DNA of 20,000 nt from an uncultured virus (IMG/VR IMGVR_UViG_3300046524_000594) (taxonomy: Duplodnaviria; Heunggongvirae; Uroviricota; Caudoviricetes). Below the pieces are notes generated by a model. That model was not told the origin of the DNA, searched no databases, and saw nothing but the letters and a program-made list of their open reading frames with translations. Positions 14,478-20,000 of the stretch are shown here, piece after piece; positions within the stretch are counted from its first letter, which is position 1, and each line of letters opens with the position of its first letter. The stretch lies in the IMG/VR virus record IMGVR_UViG_3300046524_000594; one strand, 5' to 3'. The translations under genes were made by a program, and so were the position numbers.

Positions 14478-14845
14478 GCTTTTACGAAGACAACGTCGCC
14501 GACGGCTCTCACTGCATGAACTGCTGCGAATTCATCGGCGATGACGTGGGCTACCCGCGCGCTTGCCGGAACTGCGGCGGTGAAGGCAGCGAGCCAAACC
14601 CCGAAGGCCACAAAAAACGCATGAAGGCAGAAGCCATGCAGCGCTTTGATGTGGGGCTTTCGAAGGCGGGCCTGCCTTACAAGAAGCACAACAACGGCTT
14701 CCACGTCGTTCTGACGCTTCCGGATGGTCGATGCATTGATGTTTGGCCCAGCACGAAGAAGTGGCAGCTTCGCGGCGACCGCATCAGCCGGAACGGTAAG
14801 GCCCTGCATGATCTGGTGCTGCAGCAGGTGAGGCCATGGTTATGA
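14474..14845 (+). CDS. Hypothetical protein with an N-terminal zinc-ribbon-like motif
   Basis: CMNC...CRNC; IDVWPSTKKW; coupled overlaps. Confidence 0.75.
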   Translation: MSFYEDNVADGSHCMNCCEFIGDDVGYPRACRNCGGEGSEPNPEGHKKRMKAEAMQRFDVGLSKAGLPYKKHNNGFHVVLTLPDGRCIDVWPSTKKWQLRGDRISRNGKALHDLVLQQVRPWL

Positions 14846-14949
14846 CCCGCTACCAGCACGCAAAGCGCTGGGCATTCTGGCGCGGCAGCTTCTTCACCCT
14901 GCTGTTCTGCTCTGTCTGGATGATCGCCAGCGCTTACGCACCGCACTGA
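14842..14949 (+). CDS. Small single-TM peptide, 35 aa (not in ORF track)
   Basis: MTRYQHAKRWAFWRGSFFTLLFCSVWMIASAYAPH; ATGA overlap; GAGG upstream. Confidence 0.6.
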   Translation: MTRYQHAKRWAFWRGSFFTLLFCSVWMIASAYAPH

Positions 14950-15011
14950 TTCAACCCCCACCCTATTCAATCGCGGCGCCCCGGCACACGGATGGCGCGG
15001 GAGACATTCGC

Positions 15012-15740
15012 ATGCCTGATAAAAATCTCAGCATCTGGAGCCAGGTCGAGAAGACTGACACCAGGTACACGAAAGACGCCAAGGTCGGCGGTCAGCAGAT
15101 CACCAGCCTCAACGGCACCGCGATGATCATGAAGGCCACCGAGGTCTTCGGCCCAGTGGGCATCGGATTCGGCTGGTCGATTACCGAAGAGCGCTTCGAC
15201 AAAGGTGCCGAGATGTTCAGCGGCGAGGGCGACAAGCGCTTCAGCCTGGGCTTCGAGCTGAACCACACCGTCAAGATACTGTTCTGGTTCAAGCACGGCG
15301 GCGAACGCGGCGAGCTGGAGCAGTACGGCTGCACACCCTACCTCTACAAATCGAAATTCGGGACCACCACTGACGGTGAGGCGCCGAAAAAGTCCCTCAC
15401 CGACGCCATCAAGAAATCACTGTCGATGCTGGGCTTCAGCGCTGACGTGTTCCTCGGGATGTTTGACGACCGGGACTACGTGCAGCAACTGCAGGAGGAG
15501 CAGGCAATCGAGCAGGCGGTCGACAAGGAAGCCGAGATGGCTCGCCAGCAAGAAGACCGATTGGCCTTCATAAAATCGACCATTGAGACCATGCAGGGCG
15601 CCCAGTCGCCGAATGAGCTCAAGAAGATTCACGACCACGCAGTTCGCCAACTCAAGGCGCGCAAGGATGAGAAAGGCGCTGCGCGCATCTCCCTTGAGTG
15701 GAACCGACTCGCCAACCCCAAACAGGAGACCGCAGCATGA
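15012..15740 (+). CDS. Single-strand annealing recombinase, Rad52/Sak-like
   Basis: ATEVFGPVGIGFGW and EAPKKSLTDAIKKSLSMLGFSADVF resemble the Rad52-family core. Located in the recombination position. Confidence 0.7.
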   Translation: MPDKNLSIWSQVEKTDTRYTKDAKVGGQQITSLNGTAMIMKATEVFGPVGIGFGWSITEERFDKGAEMFSGEGDKRFSLGFELNHTVKILFWFKHGGERGELEQYGCTPYLYKSKFGTTTDGEAPKKSLTDAIKKSLSMLGFSADVFLGMFDDRDYVQQLQEEQAIEQAVDKEAEMARQQEDRLAFIKSTIETMQGAQSPNELKKIHDHAVRQLKARKDEKGAARISLEWNRLANPKQETAA

Positions 15741-16300
15741 CCCAGCTTTACGCGCTCACCGGCCAACTGGCCGAATTGCAGGACATGGCCGACACCGACG
15801 ACGAGGGCCTGAAAGAGGCCCTGCAGCATGCCATGGATGAGATCCAGGGCGACTTCAACGTAAAGGCTGACAACATCGTCATGTTGCGCCGGAACATCGA
15901 GAGCGATGTCACCGCCATCGACGCTGAGATCGAGCGCCTCGCTGAGCTCAAGCGCATCAAGGCGAACAGCGTTTCGCAGATCACCGACTACCTACGCCGC
16001 AACATGCAGGCCGCAAACATCACGTCGATTAAGCGTCCGTTGTTCACCATCACCCTGGCCCAAGGCAAAGAGAAGGTCATCGTCGACAACGAAGACGCCG
16101 TGCCTGACGAGCTGACAGCGGTGAAGACCAGCATCGCGCCGGACAAGAACGCCATCGCGGCGAAGCTCAAGGAAATCCGCGAGCACAACGAAGACGTGCG
16201 TAAGCGCATGGCGGCTGGCGAAGACGCCGAAGCCGAGCTGCTCGAAGAACCGTCGTGGGCTCACCTTGAGCGCGGCGAAAGCTCAATCCGTATCAAGTGA
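15737..16300 (+). CDS. Siphovirus Gp157-like (Gam-like) protein, 187 aa
   Basis: MTQLYALTGQL..L, coiled coil EIERLAELK, YLRRNM, PDKNAI..LK, AHLERGESSIRIK. Confidence 0.85.
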   Translation: MTQLYALTGQLAELQDMADTDDEGLKEALQHAMDEIQGDFNVKADNIVMLRRNIESDVTAIDAEIERLAELKRIKANSVSQITDYLRRNMQAANITSIKRPLFTITLAQGKEKVIVDNEDAVPDELTAVKTSIAPDKNAIAAKLKEIREHNEDVRKRMAAGEDAEAELLEEPSWAHLERGESSIRIK

Positions 16301-16307
16301 GGTACTC

Positions 16308-16922
16308 ATGATCAGTCTCGAATTGAGCATGGTCCGGCACAACCAGCCGAAGTCGGCCGAACTGGCTGCAGCGATGGATGAGTATCTTCGCCGCGGTGGT
16401 CAGGTATCAGAGGTCGCAGGGCCTATTCCGGCTCCACGGCCATACGGGTACCGCACTGCTCCCGCCCCAGTCGAATCGCCAGATCGCAAGCCGCTACCGC
16501 CGCGCCGCAGCAAAAAGGAATCGATGCAGCACCTGCGCATTGTTCCCGACATCGAGGAGGCTAAGGCCAAGCCGGTGAAGCTGAGGACGCCACCGGCTGA
16601 CTTGGATCGTGTTCGCGATCTGGCCAAGACGCTCTCGCAGGGCGAAGTCGCCGAACTCACTGGAATCAGCCGCAAGCAGCTCTACACCCTGGCGCGGGCT
16701 TACGGCTTCGAATTCCAGCGGGCTGCCAATGGCGGTGCCGCGAACCTGGTGCACAACCAGAGCGACCCCGTGAAAGATGCCCGGAATGTCGAGCGCATCA
16801 AAGCCCTTCGCGATATCGGGGTAAGCCAGCGCAAGGCCACCCAGCACATGGGCATCAGCACCAAGTATTTCCGCAGGCTCGTTCGTGATTACAAGATCGA
16901 GTATCCGGCGGCTAAAAGGTGA
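16308..16922 (+). CDS. Putative DNA-binding protein with two HTH-like segments, 204 aa
   Basis: GAGG RBS. SQGEVAELTGISRKQLY and SQRKATQHMGISTKYFRRL. Confidence 0.7.
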   Translation: MISLELSMVRHNQPKSAELAAAMDEYLRRGGQVSEVAGPIPAPRPYGYRTAPAPVESPDRKPLPPRRSKKESMQHLRIVPDIEEAKAKPVKLRTPPADLDRVRDLAKTLSQGEVAELTGISRKQLYTLARAYGFEFQRAANGGAANLVHNQSDPVKDARNVERIKALRDIGVSQRKATQHMGISTKYFRRLVRDYKIEYPAAKR

Positions 16923-16994
16923 AGCGCGTCTTCAAGGCGCCACAGCAGCGCAAGCGCAATCCACAACACCACCTACCACCGAGCGGGCTTGCTT

Positions 16995-17222
16995 ATGCTG
17001 ACTCTCGTTACCAGCTACCAGATGACCATGGAAGACGCTCTACTGGCCATGCTTCTGGCGTATCGAATCCACGGAACGGATGCAGCAATCAAAGCGACTG
17101 CGCATCGTGTCCGGGACAAGGTGCGGATCGGCTGCCGACCAGCAATCAACAACGTGATCCGCTGCCGGTCTCAGCTGGAGTGGGCGAAAAATCTCTGTGA
17201 GGATGAAGAGTCATGGCGATGA
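16995..17222 (+). CDS. Hypothetical protein, about 75 aa
   Basis: Helical-looking ORF whose end overlaps the next gene. Start uncertain. Confidence 0.5.
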   Translation: MLTLVTSYQMTMEDALLAMLLAYRIHGTDAAIKATAHRVRDKVRIGCRPAINNVIRCRSQLEWAKNLCEDEESWR

Positions 17223-17557
17223 CCCAGCAGCAGCGCGACGAGAAGACCGCGCTCAAGAGGAAGGCGCACGGCGAAGAAGAGTTGCGGTTGCGTGTCCGGC
17301 CTGGCACGAAGCAGGCGCTCGCCGAACTGATGGCCTGGGCGGAGATTGAAGAACAAGGTGAAGCGCTGACGCTGATGATTCACCATCTTCACGGATTAGG
17401 GCCTGATCGGGCCCTGCCGCTTCTATCGATACCGCGCCACGAAATAACGGTATCGCCAATTGTGGCGCGGAAACTGGAGCTGGCCTTTCAGCGTGAGGCT
17501 GTCCGATCGGGGCAGAATTATGAGATTGGCTCGGCGCCCCAGCTGTATCTGGAGTAG
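17213..17557 (+). CDS. Hypothetical phage protein, possibly ribbon-helix-helix-like
   Basis: MAMTQQQRDEK..RK..GEEELRLRV..GTKQALAELM pattern. 3' end overlaps a convergent gene. Confidence 0.7.
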   Translation: MAMTQQQRDEKTALKRKAHGEEELRLRVRPGTKQALAELMAWAEIEEQGEALTLMIHHLHGLGPDRALPLLSIPRHEITVSPIVARKLELAFQREAVRSGQNYEIGSAPQLYLE

Positions 17558-17766
17558 AGGTGAGTCCTGCAATCTTCAGTCTTCTTCGCCTTCTCTTTGG
17601 CGTTGAGCCTGAAACGATCACCTACTTTGTGCTTCTCCCGAAAGCTTTTATCGCACTCTATAACCATGGTTGTCGGGTACTTCTGTCCAGGTAATGGCCT
17701 GACCCTAACTGCGCCGCGGCGTGGGTCAAAGAACAGCTCAACATCCACCGATATGTAATCCGTCAT
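17518..17766 (-). CDS. Reverse-oriented moron, hypothetical, 82 aa
   Basis: AAGGAG RBS 5 nt before ATG at 17766. Beta-rich and basic. Confidence 0.7.
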   Translation of the reverse strand: MTDYISVDVELFFDPRRGAVRVRPLPGQKYPTTMVIECDKSFREKHKVGDRFRLNAKEKAKKTEDCRTHLYSRYSWGAEPIS

Positions 17767-17819
17767 CTTCACTCCTTGACCCGGCCCATGCCGGTCACCA
17801 CGTATAGCCCACCATCAAC

Positions 17820-18026
17820 CTATTCGCCACCGAACTCGAGCGCATCAGCTGCAACCTCGATCTCTCGGATAGCGGCCACAACAGACGGCGATACGCTCTT
17901 AGGCAGAAGCGTCAGCGACCCAATTGCCTGTTCGCAAAGCTCATCGACATCAACGTGAAGCTCGCGCGCTGCGTTCAGTACAGCTTCAAGCGCGATAGAT
18001 AGCGCCAATTCCCTGTTCTCTCTCAT
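17820..18026 (-). CDS. Reverse-oriented hypothetical protein, 68 aa
   Basis: GGGAGAAGG RBS before ATG at 18026. Acidic and helical. Confidence 0.7.
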   Translation of the reverse strand: MRENRELALSIALEAVLNAARELHVDVDELCEQAIGSLTLLPKSVSPSVVAAIREIEVAADALEFGGE

Positions 18027-18104
18027 GACCTTCTCCCTTCCTGTGGAGAGGTAAGCGTAGGCCATTTTTCCAGTACCAGGGACCGTCCGAAGCCACGATG
18101 CTCA

Positions 18105-18533
18105 TTACCTCTTGAGATAGAAGGTAACTAGTGCAACGGTGATACCTGCAAGCAAACTGAGAAGTCCAGAGATCACAAGCTTTCTATTGTCGGCACGTCG
18201 GGATTCAAAAAGCTCTAGACCTTTAGGGCCAATGTAAAAATAGGTCCCTTTGTCATCCAGCCCGCTCATCACATGAGCGGATTCGTAGACCTGAGCGCCT
18301 GGACCTTGGCAATAAGCCTGGAATGAATGAGTAATCAATGTGTCTCGAAAATCCATGTCAGCCTTGGGCATAGGCCCGGTGTAGCCAATATGGCCAGAGT
18401 TCATCAGGGCAACTAATGGGTAAAAGTCGCGGTGATCGCCGTCGCGCCGTTTGACAGAGCTCAACACCTCCGTAGCAGTCAGCGTATTGCAAGTGTGAAT
18501 GCGCTTAAGCAATCCCCAGTATGAGCTTTTCAT
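18105..18533 (-). CDS. Reverse-oriented moron with a C-terminal TM helix, 142 aa
   Basis: GAGAGG RBS before ATG at 18533. YIGPKGLELF then LVISGLLSLLAGITVALVTFYL. Lower GC. Confidence 0.75.
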   Translation of the reverse strand: MKSSYWGLLKRIHTCNTLTATEVLSSVKRRDGDHRDFYPLVALMNSGHIGYTGPMPKADMDFRDTLITHSFQAYCQGPGAQVYESAHVMSGLDDKGTYFYIGPKGLELFESRRADNRKLVISGLLSLLAGITVALVTFYLKR

Positions 18534-18610
18534 CGTTTCCTCTCGACCGGCATGCCGGTGCACTAACTAGTTTTCAACTTAACGTATCACGCCAGTGGCG
18601 AGGATCCCGC

Positions 18611-19480
18611 ATGAACCCCTACAAAATGTCCGGGACAACGGTCGTCAGCTTCTCTGGCGGCAGGACCAGCGCCTTCATGCTGCGAAAGGTGCTAGACAAT
18701 AACGCCGATCTGGGCGACCTGATCGTCACCTTTGCCAACACTGGCAAGGAGCACCCGGCCACCCTGGATTTCGTTCAGGAATGCTCAGTCCGCTGGGGCG
18801 TGCCTATTGTCTGGCTTGAGTTTCGGGATGACGAGCGAGGTTTCGCCATCGTCGACTACGAGACAGCCAGCCGCAACGGCGAGCCATTCGAGGCGCTGAT
18901 CAGGAAGCGCAGCTACCTGCCAAACCCGGTCACAAGGTTCTGCACTATCGATCTGAAAATTCGCGTGATCCACAAGTACCTCCGCATGGTTGGCTGCTCA
19001 ACAGAAGAAACGCCGGTGGACATGATGACCGGCATTCGGGCAGACGAGCCACGCCGAGTCGCGAAGATCCGGAATCGAAAGACGACCAGCGAGAGCAAGC
19101 ACGCCACGATGGTGATGCCGTTGGCTGACGCCGGCGTCGGTGTCCAGGACGTGACCGACTTCTGGAACACTCAGCCCTTTGACCTGATGCTGCCGACCAT
19201 CAATGGCCGAACGTTGGAAGGTAACTGCGACCTGTGCTTCCTCAAGGGTGCAAACCAGGTCTATTCGATTATCGCCAGCGACCGTGGCAAGCCGGTACGC
19301 AAAGCTGACTGGTGGGCCCGAATGGAGCGCACCGCGGTAGCCAGCAGCGGCATCACTGGGAACGGCGCCCTCTTCCGCTTCGACCGGCCGAGCTATCAGC
19401 AGATGCTCGACTATTCGGAAATTCAGTTCGACATGTTTACCGATTACGAGGAGACTATTGCATGTTTTTGCGGAGACTAA
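18611..19480 (+). CDS. PAPS-reductase-family (adenine nucleotide alpha hydrolase) protein, 289 aa
   Basis: PP-loop VVSFSGGRTS, FANTGKEH, RFCT..LK, GIRADE.RR, GNCDLCF, terminal CFCGD. GAGG RBS before ATG at 18611. Confidence 0.85.
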   Translation: MNPYKMSGTTVVSFSGGRTSAFMLRKVLDNNADLGDLIVTFANTGKEHPATLDFVQECSVRWGVPIVWLEFRDDERGFAIVDYETASRNGEPFEALIRKRSYLPNPVTRFCTIDLKIRVIHKYLRMVGCSTEETPVDMMTGIRADEPRRVAKIRNRKTTSESKHATMVMPLADAGVGVQDVTDFWNTQPFDLMLPTINGRTLEGNCDLCFLKGANQVYSIIASDRGKPVRKADWWARMERTAVASSGITGNGALFRFDRPSYQQMLDYSEIQFDMFTDYEETIACFCGD

Positions 19481-19508
19481 TAGCTAAGTTGAGCCGCGAT
19501 AGACTCAA

Positions 19509-20000
19509 TTACAGTTTCATAGACTTTACCCTTACCCACTCATTTTTTATTATCTTTTGAGCTACAGCTACCACTGCGTTCCCTAGATCAGCACTTGGCT
19601 TGCGCGATGACGCAGCGTCAATATATGCATTCATTGCCAACAGAAGGTTTTCAGTCTCCTTTTCTACCGGATTCGTATATAGCTGAACCTTTGAATAGTG
19701 CAGTTTTGCAGTCGACAGACTTTGTGCGAATTCTGAATAAAGCTTGTCGTACACATCTTGCGATCGGTAAACATCTGCCTGAGTCTCAGGCGCCATGTGC
19801 TGTCTGTTATAAAGCTTATTTGATGCAGCAGATAAATCGTCACCCGCGGCGACGAAGGATGCCACTGCATCCCTCAAGCTATTTATCCACTCTTGTCTAC
19901 TACGCGCGACAGCTTCAGCCTTAGAGTGCGCTATACGGCTTGCCTCCTGAGAATCGGCTAGCTCTTTTTGAGCTTTTATAGACCTCCGAAAAGTGTAAGC
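19509..20000 (-). CDS. Reverse-oriented AT-rich moron, 5' end outside the window
   Basis: The frame of ORF 19509..19877 stays open to base 20000 (AYTFRRSIKAQKELA...RSRQEWINSLRDAVASF...). Helical. Confidence 0.75.
   Translation of the reverse strand, partial: AYTFRRSIKAQKELADSQEASRIAHSKAEAVARSRQEWINSLRDAVASFVAAGDDLSAASNKLYNRQHMAPETQADVYRSQDVYDKLYSEFAQSLSTAKLHYSKVQLYTNPVEKETENLLLAMNAYIDAASSRKPSADLGNAVVAVAQKIIKNEWVRVKSMKL

Noticed and set aside
16919..17200. 93-aa ORF coupled to the upstream gene by GTGA
   Set aside because: It overlaps the more protein-like 16995..17222 ORF for most of its length. Only the first ~25 codons look like a remnant of a small gene, so it was not called.

Overview
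This window is the control and early region of a lambdoid, Pseudomonas-like prophage (host inferred from high GC and gene content). On the minus strand the rightward operon reads cro, cII, rha-type antirepressor, replication initiator with origin iterons, helicase loader-like gene, nin-like genes, ninG, Q-like gene, late promoter and two holin-like genes. A hicAB toxin-antitoxin pair is inserted against the late transcript. On the plus strand are cI, an AT-richer three-gene operon in the lambda rexAB position (STAS-like/GHKL ATPase-kinase, DUF4325-like STAS protein, membrane protein), a LexA-box-controlled small gene, and OL/PL. The PL operon has a boxA and about 800 nt of densely structured leader RNA, including a tRNA-shaped element, then recombination genes (Rad52/Sak-like, Gp157-like), reverse-oriented morons and a PAPS-reductase-like gene. 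The best candidates for something new are the GHKL-STAS-membrane triad (a possible partner-switching exclusion or defence system), the structured RNAs in the early and late leaders, and a HicB with an extra C-terminal domain. All family assignments come from motif recognition by eye; no searches were run.
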